A DNA stretch of 64,000 nt from Azolla caroliniana (taxonomy: Eukaryota; Plantae; Polypodiophyta): the NCBI GenBank assembly GCA_043228905.1, contig JBHGNT010000017.1, positions 7,502,001-7,566,000 of the forward strand, in the 5' to 3' direction. Shown here piece after piece: positions 23,668 to 37,900 of the stretch; position 1 is the stretch's first letter; every line of letters starts with the position of its first letter. The position numbers were made by a program, and so were the translations under genes. The notes under the pieces were generated by a model. It saw only the letters and a list, made by a program, of their open reading frames with translations, searched no databases and was not told the origin of the DNA.

Positions 23668-24959
23668 TTTCAGACACACACACACACAGATAGCTAGATT
23701 CCTTCACACAAATATTATCCCTTGGGAACAAAGAAATAACACTTGGACAAACAATTAACAAATGGAACTTTGAATCCTATATGTACATAATATGTCTCTG
23801 TTTACATATATATATTTCTCTCTATGTGTATGTATATGTATATTTATACGTATATGTATGTGTATACAGTAATTACTAATAAGTATGTTAAAGCCTTTGA
23901 CATGGTCTTCAACATACTATGGCTTAAAAAGTCATTGTCCCGAAACCACGGTTTTCAAAGCGATGGCGACCGCATTGTACCACAATTTCGAAAACATGAT
24001 CCCCATCCCGCGTTTGTGGCTCTTTGTTGCCCCCCCCCCCCCCCCCCCTTATGATGCAATCACCATCATATGCATCAAAATATCAAGGTCACAGTGCCTT
24101 TTGCTATGACAAAAGTCATTCGTACCGCGTAAATATGGGCCTACCTCTGCCCTATGTTCAATAAAGTCTTTCTTTGTTTTTAATTTTCCCTTTCATAGTT
24201 TCACGTCACGACTTCTTTGGAAAAGTCTCGTCCGTTGAGAAATCGTACATTTATTTTGATGGTCATTTGAAAACGTCACTCTCTTGACGACCCAACTAAT
24301 GTAGTAAGTTGTAACCATGCTTAAAAGATATAGGCTCCTACTAAATAAATTAATAAATTGTGGCCTAAACAAGGCCATTTTTTACTAACAACCAAATTCG
24401 ATTGAAACCAAATCATGGGTATCATAATGTGGTAAGCATCATTCCCTTCTTTGTTGGAATTTGTAGACCCTCTTGGTTGCAGTGATTAAGCTTCATTGTT
24501 ATTGAGATAACGGATGCTACATTAACCAATGATGCAATCCATTTCTTACTTACTTAAGTGGTTTAACTATGTTAAGTATTATCTAGTTAACTAGTGTGAA
24601 AGTATGGGAATGGGAACAAATAGATGTGTCGGCATGTAGTTGTTTGAAATTTATGGTGATTTTCAAAATGTGATCTCAAATAAAGGCATAAATAAATGTG
24701 TACCATAAATATTAATAATTTGGCAAATTCCTTGATGGATTTAGTGCGCCATTATGGATGATCAATTACATAGGCAACATTAGTCGCATCAACTCATTAG
24801 ACGTGTTCTTCTTGTCTCATCATTCATTGTGTTTCCTTGTTGTTATGATTCTTGTTTGTATCTATCATAACTCCTATTCTTCTCCTATTGTTGTTACCCA
24901 TATAGGTGTATAGGAGGGTTAAGGTGTAATGTGTAACATGAAATGTGTAATGTGTGAGG

Positions 24960-24961
<2 letters not shown>

Positions 24962-25009
<48 letters not shown>
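24962..25009. repeat. (GT)n microsatellite
   Basis: About 24 perfect GT units. Confidence 0.95.
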
Positions 25010-25012
<3 letters not shown>

Positions 25013-25442
25013 CATGCCCATTTAGCTTTTTGTGTGCATGTGTACAAGAGTAGGGTAAGTAGGTGTAACTACTCTCATTTCGCTTTTTGTATTGTCTTGG
25101 ACTATATAAACCCCACCCATGGGGCATGAAATGAAGGAAGAATAGTGAAGCTAGCCTCAACTTATGTCTATCTTGATTTCCCCCCTCGTTCTCTGTATGT
25201 CTCTCTCCCCGCACGTTCAACCCCCCCTTAGGAGGGGGTGGAGTTGTTCTTGGCTCCACCCCCCAGCCATCCACAACTTGGCACGCCCTACAACCAACCC
25301 TTCATTGAGAAGAAGTCTCTCTCCCTCCCTCCCTCCCTCTCCATCACCATCACTAATCTCTCTCTCCCTCTTTGCGTGTCTCTCAGTCTTTGTGTTAGAG
25401 AGTGGTTTGGGCGTGGACTCTTTGTTTAAGAGCCAATCTGCT

Positions 25443-26578
25443 ATGGCAATGGCGATTTCTCTTGCTTCTATTTCTAAGGTATTCAAGGCATGTTGGACAT
25501 CACCTTTCAACCCCATTCCCCTTTTCTTACTCTCTCGTCCTAAAACCCTAGCCACCCATCAATGGAAAAATCTAAGGTTATGAATACAACTCAATTGACA
25601 ACCAAAAGAGTGGAGGAGCTTTCTGCTGAGTTGTAAGCTTCTCATGGTTCAATTATATCTGAAGTGGAGAAACCAACAACATTTTGTTGATAAGCAGACT
25701 GATTGACATGTATATCAAATGCAGAATTGTCAAGGATGCAAGGAAGGTCTTTGATAAAAATACAAGAAGGAATGTTGTTGTGTGGAATACAGTGATATCA
25801 AGTTATTCAAAAAATATCAAGGAAGCTTTCAAGCTTCTTAAATGGTACAAGATGGATTTGAGTCAGATGAAGTTACCTTCTTAAACATACTCAAAGCTTG
25901 CAACAATCAATCAGACCTAGAACACTATAATCTTGTTAATATCATTTGTGTCAAAAGTGGGTACGAAAGCGATTTGTATGTGAAGTTATTTACACTCAAA
26001 GATAAGCAACAAATATTTTGAAACACAACAGAATTCGAACAACGCACGATTTACGTGGAAAATCCCAAATCAGGGAAAAAACCATGGGTGGCCTCTGGTC
26101 ACCAAAACTTCACTATAACTAGAGAGAATACAACTAGATAGCAAGAGCTCCCCTTAGCTTACTATAGGAATCACCGAGAACTTTGATGATGCGACAACCT
26201 TGAAGAAAAACAACACTTACAGAGAGAAACAAGAAGAAGATATTAAATGACTAAACCTGCATAAGTGATGGTGTTACCCAAACTCCTGAGAGTTTGAAAC
26301 CACAGCTAAGGTTTCGACTCCCATTCGGCCGATTCACAACTTTTCAGCCATCTCCCCCATCAGGAGGGAAAAGCTTCTATAACAGTATGTTGGGAGCACC
26401 TTGGTGGATGTATATGCTACTTCTGGGAGCTTACAAAATGCTATGGAAGTATTTCATGCAATGGCCGAGTGAAATATAGTCTCGTGGAATGCCTTGGTTG
26501 GGGTTTGTGTCGTGAAAGGTCTCGATGAAAAGGCGTTAAAGCTTCTTTAACAAGTGTGCAGCTTGATGAGATAGCTTA
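25443..26578 (+). pseudogene. PLS-type pentatricopeptide-repeat (PPR) pseudogene
   Basis: Transit-peptide-like start MAMAISLAS, then LIDMYIKC..ARKVFD..NVVVWNTVISSY, DEVTFLNILKAC and VGSTLVDVYA..IVSWNALV. Disrupted by stops, frameshifts and LTR insertions. Confidence 0.85.
25981..26384 (-). mobile_element. Solo copia-type LTR inside the PPR pseudogene
   Basis: TG..CA ends, TSD GTATG (25976-25980 and 26385-26389), and the GTGGAAAATCCC..GGGAAAAAACCA motif shared with other copia LTRs here. Confidence 0.85.
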
Positions 26579-27310
26579 TGGGAAAAGGCGGTCGACAGAC
26601 GGTCTAGCAGCCGACAGAGGACCGACAATCAGCGGGAGGTGAAAGTTAGCCAGACAGACAGTCTGGCAGCGAACAGTCGGCTAGCCGGATGGACAGAGTC
26701 GGCCGAACAAATGGCCATGGCTAGACGGCCGAGACCATCTAACAGAGCCGACCAATGGACAACGTTGGCAAACAGTGACAGCCAAGATGCGACCGAGACA
26801 TGACCAAGAGACGGCTGAGTCACCGCCGAGGGACCATGCCGACCGACAAACGACGAAGATGCCAACAGTTTAAGAAATACCACAAGAAGACCCATATAAA
26901 TAACCCGAAAGTTATATAAGTATAAATACAACTAAGGCAAACTGTATGGTATGCGTGAATCATTAGAGTTGTGATAATTATTTTATAGTTGTATAAGGTA
27001 GTCGCCTCTGTAACTAGAGAGTGAGAGAGTGTGTGTAACTACTCCATAACAGTCTATTCAGACGAAGAAGAACTCAAGGTCGGTGCCTTAGAGTTTCTTA
27101 TTGTATACCTCTTACTGTTAGTGATTCGTTTCGGAGTTCAAGGACTCCACATGGTTTTTTCCCAATTCGGGTTTTCCACATTAAATATCTGGTGTCTCTC
27201 TCTTTGAGTTCTCATTTTCTGTTTTTTGTGTTTGTCTGTGCACTGTCATTGTCAATATTTTCACCCGCAAGCAAACGTGATAACTAGTTGTGGTCGGTCG
27301 ATTCTCAACA
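26577..27310 (+). mobile_element. Copia-type LTR without a clear TSD
   Basis: Carries the TGGTTTTTTCCC..GGGTTTTCCAC motif and ends in CAACA. Left boundary is approximate. Confidence 0.6.
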
Positions 27311-27369
27311 GGGAGGAGTTGTCTGATCTTTTCGTCCAGATTCAGTTTTGGACAACTGTTGGCGAAAGT

Positions 27370-30300
27370 AATTCAGTTTGGATCCTTTTGGCGGGTGGAT
27401 CGGCGTAATTCACTGTTTCCTATATTGAGGCCCTTCTTGGCCGGTCCGGACTTCGTTGCCGAAGATCCGCCTTTCTCCTTACCGGAGTGGGATGCACACC
27501 TATCCGACTCATCGTTGCCGGTTTCGAATTCCGGCATCTTCTTTTTCCCTTTCTCTTTGCGCGTGAACCGTCTCCTCGGTTCCTTGCGCAGGGAGAGCAC
27601 GGCAGAGTCTCCACTACTCGCCGGTTCCTCATCGGACTGGTCAGATTGACTTAGTCTCTCGTTCGGTCCGCTCAACCAAAACGATTCCGGACTCTCATCT
27701 TGAGTCCACGCTTCATCATCCTCTACCTGGGCCGGTTCAAGCTCACTAGCCTCATCCACCGGCATCAAGTCAGATTCGGAAGTCGGAGTCGGTAAGGAGT
27801 ACCACGATGCCGATTCATCAACCTCGACATCTCGACTAACTCGGACCTGCTTTGTCGGGGGTTATAACACTTATAACCCTTTTGCTCTTGAGCATAGCCG
27901 ACTAGGATGCATTTTTCTGATTTTGCATCCAATTTCCTCCGCTTCTCATCCGGTACATGCACATATGCAATGCTACCGAAGATCTTAAGGTGTCTTAGAT
28001 TTGGCTTGCGCCCGAAGTACAGCTCGTGAGCTGACACCTTATCACTGATCCGGTTCTGGATGTAGATGACCATCTGGACCGCCTCCGCCTAGTAGAATTT
28101 GGGCATGCTCTTCTGCTCCAACATTGCCCTTGCCGCATCAATAAGCAACCGGTTCTTCCTTTCGGCGACACCGTTCTGTTGCGGTGTGTATCTGCAGTTG
28201 TACTCGTGCCGAATTCCTTTTTGCTGCAGATAGCTGTTGAATTGGCCGGAAAAATATTCTTTTCCGCCATCCGACCGCAGGCATTTGATCTTCCTCTCTG
28301 ATTCCTGTTCCACCATCTTCTAGAGGCTCCGGAAACATTCGAAGACTCCAGTCTTCTGCTCAATGAGGTAGATCCATGTGTGCCGTGTATAGTCGTCGAT
28401 GAAGGAGACGAAATATCGACTCTTGCCAAGACTAACATTCTGTGTCGGTCCCCACACGTCCGAATGGATAAGGTCGGGCTTGTTACGGCTCCGGTTTCGT
28501 TCGGTGGGGAATGGAAGCCGGTGTTGCTTCCCGAGTTGGCAAGCTTCACATACTTGGGCTCTCCGACCGCTAAACTTCGGCAAACTGAAAACAACTTGTT
28601 TCGTTTGCAGGTCTTGAAGCCTCCGGTAATTGACGTGGCCTATCCGCTTGTGCCACAGGTTGATGTCTGACTCGACCTTCTGTCCTTTTGCAAATAGAGC
28701 GGTGCCGACGTCATTGGTGTCGAGGATAAACATCCTCCCGTCTCTGTGCCCTTGCGCAATAACTTCGCCCTCATCCTCAATGAAGCACCCACAATGCGTA
28801 AATCGCACCTGCATCCCTTGGTTGACGATCTGTCCGACCGACACCAGGTTCTTCGTGATTGTCAGAACGTGTAATACGCTCATCAGCTTCCCCTTCTGTC
28901 CGACGTGGCTCAAAGGGACTTCTCCGACGTGCACGATTGGGTGAGGAGTGTCGTCTCCGGTTTCGACTACTCCTGGTTGATCTGGTTTCTCCAAGAAGGA
29001 GAACCACTCTTTGTGGCTCGTCATGTGGTTCGACGCACCATAATCAACATACCACACTTCCTCTGATTCGGAAGTGGTCTTCTTCATCGAGTTTGCATCA
29101 TGCTTCATCACCAAGGCTGGTCCCTTACCGTTCTTGGATCCTCCCGATCCGTTTGCGTAGTGCGAGCTTTGCCGGCCATCCTTGCCAGCCTTGCTAGATC
29201 CGGATTTGTCCGAGTCGGCTTGCTTTCTCCAGCACTCGCTTTCTCTGTGGCCCTTTTTGCCACCGTACCAACATTCCAGTGCGGATTTGTCTTGCCGGCC
29301 TCCGGCACTGCCTTGACTCCCCCTGCTTGTGGAATTCCCAGAACTGTTGTCGGCATGATCTCTGTGCCGTCGTTCTTGCACTTGCCGGCCGCCTCCATTA
29401 AGTGCCGACCCGCCTCGTCCACCACGCCCATGGGACCGATCGGCCTCCGTGTACAGCATCCCGCTGTTAGTGGGTGCGATAGTTGACGCACGTTCTCCTC
29501 TACAAGGAGCATCGACTGTAAGTCGAAAAATGATGGCGTATTCTCCCTTGTACAAACCGCAGTTCGGAACGCTCTGAACCTAGACGCCAAGCCCCCAAGA
29601 CAGACTTGTACCATCTCGTCTTCCTCTACGGTAACGTTGATAGAGGTAAGCGAGTCACAGATCTCTTTGATCCGGGTCGTGTAATCCGCCATCAACATGT
29701 CCTTCTGTCGGACATTGCTCAACTCCTATTGGAGTTGCAACTTCCGAGTTGTAGTGCTCGCATCGAAAACCTTCTTCAGGTTCCCCCAAGCCTCCTTCGG
29801 CGTCTTGGCGTCTCGGATGTGGCTCAACAGCTGGTCTCTGACACTGGACGCGAAGCAGTACATCACTCTGCTTGCCGATTGTTCCCACACTAGGAAATCC
29901 TTATCAGCCGCATCGGGTGCTGTTTCGTTCGTTCCTTACATGAAACTCCAATACCCATGCCCTAGTAGGTACTGATGCATTTTGTACGACCAAGACGCGT
30001 AATTGCTCCGATCGAGTTTCTCTGTGGGAAGTGAACTTGCCATACCTCTGTCCATAACTGCTTCTGTGTCTGTTCTTGAGACCTGTTAGGGTTTGCTTTT
30101 CAACGCGAATGTTTGCAGTAGAGGTTCTCGACCCTCGCGCTCTAATACCATGAAAACGTATATGTTTGCGGAAGCATTAAAATAAAAACACAGGAAACAC
30201 AGAGTGAGAGAGTATGCGGGAGAGACAGACACAGAGAGCAGAACGTTAATTCAAAATTATATAAAATGTTCTCTGTACATACAATGCGCTTAACAACGCT

Positions 30301-30568
30301 ATTTATACAAGTCCTCATGGGACTGACAGAAGTACCATGTATTTCAATGCTCACACGAGCATTTGACACTTACTACGAGACTATAACTGCCTAGTAGTCT
30401 AAACTTAACACTAGGCTGCCGGTTACCGATTGGATCCGGCTAACTGGCTCCCCAGCTCACCGGCTCTGTTGCTTGCCGGCTCGGTTGCTCACCGTCATAC
30501 CAATCCGTCTCGTGTACCGGCTCAGGCTTTTCAGCCGATCCGGCTCCAGTTGAGCTTGCCGCTCAACA
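27370..30568 (-). mobile_element. Truncated copia related to 13157-17844: 5' LTR, PBS, gag, PR, IN
   Basis: LTR 30151-30568, PBS 30139-30150, and motifs MASSLPTEKLDRSNY, WYVDYGAS, HSDVWGP and RSDGGKEY. No RT or 3' LTR seen. Confidence 0.88.
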
Positions 30569-31735
30569 TAGGGTAACTTAGCCCTAAGTATGAGGACGAG
30601 TTCAAACTAGGATACAAGTGGGTAGAGTGCGACTTTTAGCCCAACATCAACCAGAAGAAAATTAACACAAAGACAACCAAACTAGCAAGGATTCAATAAA
30701 CTTGAGGAGTGGGACCGAGAAGCCAATGTTATTGAAGAATCATCTCCCTAGATGATGTCACCAAGTTTGAAAACTCTCAAACTAGTTAAGGGTTAACTGG
30801 TTTGGTTTGAACAAGGCCAAACCGATTTAGTCGAAATTGAACTTTTCCTGATTCCTTCTTTCATCTCTCACTTCACACAAAGGCTTGAATGAAGTTGTTG
30901 CCTTCATCTTCATAGTAGTGTGTGGCTTTGGAGTTTTTAACAAAGGCACTATGTACTTGAGGATGAACTCTTTTCTCTTGTTCATTTAGGTCAAACCACT
31001 TCTTCCTGCAATTCCATTAGACATGGCCCCTATGGTTGGATTCCAAGCTCAAAATGTTGTCAGAACCCTCCTCGTTCTCAGACAAATCACATTACCATTA
31101 TGATTTATTGACAAGTTTCTTTGGATATATATATATATATATATATACTGAATTAAAACGTTAATGGCATATATTGACATATTCGCATTCATAGGGGTTC
31201 CCAAACAAATGCATACAAATACGCATACGAATGCATGAAAAGAGTTGATAAAGTCCCTCCTTTTTAGTTTTCTAGATATAAAAAAGGGGGCTTCACAATA
31301 AATAAAAAGGGACTTTACATTAATAAATTTGTATAATAAATATAAAAGTATTCGTTTTATTTTTAATAAATAAAATAAAATAAAAGGTCATTAATTCCCA
31401 ACTTTTTATTCTCCCAAATTTTATGGATGTTTTTATCTAACATTAAAAATGGGACTTCACACTAATCATGTTTCTATGATAAATATAAAAATATTTCTTG
31501 AATAATAAGTAAATAATATAAAATAAAGGTTCATAAATTGTCCCCTTTTTTATTTAACACTATAGAGGAGACTTAATACTAATCATATTTTGGTTTGGTT
31601 TGGTTGCTTTACGAATGACATGAGGCTTTTTGTTAAAGGAATTTTTGGAGATGGATGTATTTTTTATTTCCAAATTCAACATGACAATAAATTGAAACCT
31701 TATAAACCCTGAGATAATTTAGTACAAAACCTACT

Positions 31736-33130
31736 TGTTAATCTAGTTAGGGTGATACATCTGTCTCGTTGTTGTCATTTAAAGGAAAGGAGCACAAGTT
31801 CTAACGCGAGCGAGAAGCAGACGATCCGAATGACTAGCCGAATTAGGCTAGACCCCAACTTTACCTCTACAAATTCAACTGAATGTTGACTTCCTTGTAT
31901 GTATACAATTGTAACTATAGATTAAAATTGTAATCTAGCCTCATGGGGGAGATAACCCCAATTATTTGTATATATAGGAAGAGTAACCCTTTTACGAGGG
32001 AGTTTGTTGGCATAAAAGGCCAACTCCTTCCACTTTGTATCCTTGGTGTGAACATGTTTCCCAATTAGGGCTTGAGTATATAAGCCCAATTGAGAGGTTG
32101 TAAAGAAATAACGGAGAGAGAGTTTTAGAGAAGAGAAATACAGTCCTCCATTAGAGCTTAACTGAACGTTTATCATGCACAAATCTGTTTTCATAGTTTA
32201 TTGTGTTGTTTGCTTGACATGACCTTGCAGGTGCTCATCATCTGTTGCCCACCATAACTTCTCAATAGTTGGGATAAAAGTCCCACTCTACCCTTGGTGT
32301 ACCTTCTTAGTGTGATCACTCCTTAAGGGTGTTAGGGCATAGTTAGCTTAAGTATAAATATGGGGGACTAAGTCTTGTAACAAGGTTTAGTGGGATTCAT
32401 ATAGTAACAGTCTCATTCTTGTGCTCTAAGTGTGTAACTGTCTTTCTCCATCTTGCTTGTATATCTTTGTTGAGATTAAACAGTGCACCTACTATTCTAC
32501 TTGTCTACATGGTTGCCCATTCTCATTAACAAGATCCATTAACATTCCACACAAGTTAACCATCAGAGAATTAGTCTACCCAAGGCTCGTATTCAATCAT
32601 CAAGTGGTATCAGAGCTTGTTGGAACTGAGCAGCATCACCACAAGAAGAAGGAAAATTATTTGAAGGAAAAGACTAGGCCAAATACATTCTTCCACAAGG
32701 ACCATGCCTTCAACATTCGGAACCAATTGTGAAATTAGGAAGTTCACAACAACAAAGATTTTGCCCTATGAAAAGAAATGATGCAAGATGTGTTGATCAT
32801 CCGACGTCAAATAGAGGCGATACAACATAATAGTAAGCCAACATCGATGACAACATAGGAATGGGAATCACTCAATGAAATAGTGAGGTCAACCATATGG
32901 ATGCACTTGGCCAAAAACGTCTATTTTAGTATGGCCAAGGAGATGACTGTGTACACCCTATGGGAGAAATTCCATTCCATGTATTAAAAGAATTCGAGCT
33001 CTTGGAAACTTATCAGATTGATTCGACAATTATTTCACATGAAGATGAGGGAGACCGAGCCGAAAAACTCCCATAACAACACCTTTAGTGTGGTGCTGAC
33101 CGAACTCTCCTTGTAGAGTCTGAATTTTGA
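31736..33130 (+). mobile_element. Old copia 5' LTR, PBS and gag remnant
   Basis: LTR ends ..ATCA at 32602, PBS TGGTATCAGAGC at 32605-32616, decayed gag (VRSTIWMHLAKNV..LWEK). Left boundary is uncertain. Confidence 0.65.
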
Positions 33131-33134
33131 ATTA

Positions 33135-33685
33135 ATGCAGGTTGTCTCTTCTCCAAGGGATCAACAGTATGGGAGGTTCTCCATTCCAATCTCTTGTTGT
33201 ATGAGGCAGATGATGCTCCAAAGACTATGACAATCATCAACAGACATCTAATTTCTGTCTCCCATTTTTAGCAACCTTGCAAGCAAATGTGCGCAAACCA
33301 TGTATGGAAAACAATATCTACGGTTACATTATGGATCATATGGAAGTATCGTTGTAAAAGACGATATGATTCCATAATTCCCCTTCTCTCAAATATATTG
33401 CCAGAATTATGGGAGATCTCATTGGCGGTAGTGTGTGGGCAATATGATAATATATCGGGCTCTTTGGAGGTTGTTCTTAATAAAAAGGGAAAAATTACTA
33501 CAATTATGAAAGAAGTTGCCTTTGTTCACGGTCTCCTCTTAAGGACCGATTTAAAAATATCATTTGCCTTGACCCTTGCCCTGATCATATTTTTTTGTAT
33601 ATAACACTCTCTAATGGTACATTTTGTAGCCTTATGGCGCTTTTTCTTAATACTAATGAAGGAAATCTTTTTTGAAAATAAAAAA
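33135..33685 (+). mobile_element. L1-like LINE 3' end fragment with A-rich tail
   Basis: W..I..VTLWIIWKYRCKRRY motif typical of an L1 ORF2 C-terminus; A-rich end near 33680. Confidence 0.7.
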
Positions 33686-34250
33686 ATACTAATCATATTT
33701 TTATTATCTATTAATTATTTTTTATATTTATTTTCCAAAACGAATTTGTTTTGTAATATTCTGGGGCCATGTCATATTCTCGAATATTACACACGGAGAA
33801 TATCACGCATCTGTCAATCAATGATTAGAATTTAGGGGGTTTCATATTTCCTGCAAATTACATTAAATTCTTCAAGGAGGACATACACATCCAAATAAAC
33901 TGATGATTTTACTAAGAGGAATATTAGGGTTTGGTGTGCTCAAAGGTGCGTGGTTTGGTACAGGAAGAGATTGAGATCGAGAAAGGTATGAAGTTTGAAG
34001 GTCCATCTCGTCTATCAGGAAAAAATGGAAGGGGAAATCTACTCCCCATGAGCTCCGGATTTCTTTTGTGAAATCTCCAGGAAATCTAAACATGTCTGCA
34101 AAAATGATGGCATGGTGCATCAAAGATTGCGTTGTTGTCTTGATGTTATAACAACACCGATCTGAACCAGCTAGGGTTCTGGTGAGAAAGCATGTTCACC
34201 ACGGACCACTTCCATGTAACAAGAGAGATTTAGAGTGGGAAAGCCCCTGC

Positions 34251-34424
34251 ATTGCGATCACCTACAAACATTTGGCTACCAAAGTCGTGATTTAAGTTTG
34301 GATTTGTTTTAATATGGAGGCAAGCTTTAATATCTCAATTGCAATCACCTACAAACATTTGGCTACCAAAGTTGTGATTTAAGTTTGGATTTGTTTTAAT
34401 ATGGAGGCAAGCTTTAATATCTCA
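34251..34424. repeat. 87-bp tandem duplication upstream of the PDI gene
   Basis: 34251-34337 and 34338-34424 differ at about 2 positions. Confidence 0.9.
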
Positions 34425-34840
34425 AGTTAGCTATTCATCGGTTGATTAATTCGTCAATAAATGGATGTTAATGACAAATCATCCCAGTAATCGATAGATA
34501 TGGCATGGTAAGTATGGACTATTAAAAAAGACACCAACAGCTGTTTCAGCAGTTCATGTGAATCGAGTGTGAATTTGGACGAATTATGCTGGATAAACAT
34601 CTGAGGGATTATTTTGGTAAATGCGAAAGATGGAGGAGGATTAGGGTAAGAATTTGGGGATGTGGATCCAAGTGGATATACTGAAAAAGGCGAGGGGGTT
34701 ATACTTCGTGAATTGAGGAGCACATCATGCTCTCCGTAACATTTAAATACAGATTTTATCTCAAAGCTGTCATGCACGACGGCCATGATCCTCCCTATCA
34801 GAAGAAGATTCATTAGTCATGGGCTTGTGTGTCTTTATGT

Positions 34841-34878
<38 letters not shown>

Positions 34879-34968
34879 ATGTTTGAGAGAGAGAGAGAGG
34901 CACTACTTATGAAAACAAAACCTTGATTCTGGAAAAAACCCTAATTGTGAAGAAACCCTAGACTTCAC

Positions 34969-37900
34969 ATGGCTGCATATAGCTATAGTTGTCCCCTCAC
35001 CTTAATAAGTTTTGCCCTAATCTTCGTCCTCGGACACATTTCTTCTTCTTCATCTTCTTTGTCTTCTTTTAGTTCTGAGTTCCAGCCCCTCCTTCCGTCT
35101 GAAATCGTAGCCCTTGGCCTTGGAACTAATTCTGATGATGAAATTCTACAAGAAGAATATTTATCAACCACACCTAGTAACCACATTATTGATGGTGAGG
35201 AATTCAATCATATCCATGATGACAATATTGAATTGCGTCCCCCCGACAATGATAATCAAGATCAATTACATCATCACACCATTTCAGATTTGCTAATTCC
35301 CTTCGATGAATCAGATGTCATTGTGCTCTCGACCTCAAATTTCTCAGATTTCATCGCACAAAACTACTTCTCGATGGTCATATTCTATGCCCCTTGGTGT
35401 GGGCATTGCAAAGCGTTGGGTCCACACTACGCAGCAGCTGCCTCTGAGCTCAAGAAATTTGATCCGGGAAATAGGAGTGTTTCTCTGGCAAAAGTTGATT
35501 CTACTCAAAATCCTGACCTTGCCCTCCAATTTGATGTTGAAGAATACCCCACCATTTTCTTCTTCGTTGATGGCATGCCGAAACTGTATTCACATAATCT
35601 GACCAGGTATGATCAATGGGCTCTTGTTCTATGCAGTGTATGTGAGTTAAAACTTTTATGGTAAGAAAGTCTAATGATTTAGCAGCAAAAAACACGCCCT
35701 CTCGATTATGTGTAAAAAGTCTTGTTGATTCAAGAAATCTTGAGCTCTAATGCCTAACCAACACACATCAGGAACAAAATGCATTTCCAAACTGGAGAAG
35801 AAACTTTCATTGATATCAATACCATGATCAATCACATCTCTATTGAGGGAAATGTGTTCCGGATTGTTACCTGCAAAAAGGAAAAGCATTACAATTTGAA
35901 TGTGCATGAGAGCCTATTTCAAATTGTTAATACTTTTTCTCACAGAAATTTGAAGTTAAATCAACTATTTTTCATGTTATAATAACCAGGGATGCTATTG
36001 TGACATGGGTAAAGAAAATGATGGCACCAGCGGTAGTAGATGTTGTCTCCACAGATGATGCATGGACGATCTTAGAGACCGGGAATACAGTTGTTGTCGC
36101 TTTCTTCGAGAATTTGGAGGTATAATTCATTAGTTTGAAGTGGAAAAACCATTTTCTCACAATCATCTCAATCTTTTCTTTTCTTTTTTGCATTGTGATT
36201 TGTATGACATTTGTTTGTGTTAGGGAAATGAAGTCCAAGAGTTTGAATCTGTAGCTCAATATGAAGATGATGTTCTGTTCTACAAGACAGAAAACGAAGA
36301 TGTTGCTGAAGTGTTTGGGATTAAGAAAGGCATCAAGGCCCCTGCATTGGTGGTAGTCAAGACTGTGCCAGAAAAAGTGGTTGTATATGGTATATCTTGT
36401 ATAGAGTGTCGATATATAATGACTGAATATATAACTACCCTCAGATTTTGTTGATATTTTTTTATGTATAGTAAGATTGTTACTAATCTTCCTCGAGAGA
36501 TCTGTAATTTTTCTATGTTTTTGGCAGATGGACTTTTCAGAAAGGATGCCCTTTTGAACTTTATTAAAACAAACAAGCTTCCATTAGTATCTACATTTAG
36601 CAAGGATACTGCAACTGAGATATTTGAAAGCCCCATAAAACAACAGGTTTCTCCCATACAGTATATCATTCTGGAATGGTAGATGATTGTAATGCAAATA
36701 TTTTTTATATGCATGAATGGATAGAGATATGCATGCATGGATGTATGTATGTGTGCATGTATACATAGATGTATGGGTGCATGGATGGATGGATGTATGT
36801 ATGTGTGCATGTATACATAGATGTATGGGTGCATGGATAGATGGATGTACGAATTCATGGATGTATGTATGGAAGCATACCTGTATGGATGGATGCATGC
36901 ATGTACACATCTATGCGTGCGTGCGTGTGTATATGTGTGCATGGATGGATGTATATATGTGTGTGTGCACATGTGTGCGTGTGCGTGCATGTATGGATGG
37001 ACGAATGAATGCACATGTCTATGCATGTGTATGTCTATGTGTATATATGTATGTAGATATGCAAAATGACAATTCAATAAGTGTGCTTTTATATAGATTC
37101 TCTTTTTCGCTACCCCTGAAGTTTTTCAACAAGTTTTACCCATCTATGAAGAAGTTGCAACGGGCTTCAAGGGAAAGGTATGAATATGCCTTAGTGAACT
37201 TCAAATTGCGAATTAGGAAGAGAAATGTTGCAATAGGAACTTTATCATTTAAACCTTTCACATAAAACAAATGTTATAATGTGTGATTTTCTAAACAATA
37301 TGGAACTTCTCAGGCATCACATCACGAGAATATTTAACATACACTATTCCTTACAAGGATCTATCCATTTTCCCATCATCAAATTTACAAAGAAGGATTT
37401 TGCCTTTACATACTCTTTTTCACATGTCATCTCCTCCATTTCTATCTCATGTGAACATTTTTATATGCTTCTAACAAGTCAATGAATATAAACAATACAA
37501 CGAGGTGGAACTTAAATTTTGTTATCTTCTATATGATTGTGTTACAATTCCAATCCTGCTTGCAGATACATTTTATCCACATTGACTCTAGCATAGAAGA
37601 TGTTGGGAAGCCAATTGCAGCATCCTTTGGAATTGATGTAGGGAAGCCGAAGGTATTCATTTTTCATATATAGAATTGTATCACATGTATGTATGTATGC
37701 ACCCATCAACCCCAAGGCTTTGGGGCAAACATTTGCATTTAAGTTATCATATTGATGTTCAACTTGCATAGGTGAATTCTTAAGTGTGTGAAAACAGAAC
37801 TGCCTATAACATTGAATCCTAATGTTTTAATAGATTTTAGCTCTCACAGTTTCAGAAGGGGACCCAAAAAAGTTCTTGTTTGACGATGAGATTACAATGG

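Noticed and set aside
33872-34813. Possible divergent gene upstream of PDI (83-aa and 119-aa minus ORFs)
   Set aside because: No recognisable motif and no consistent exon chain could be built.
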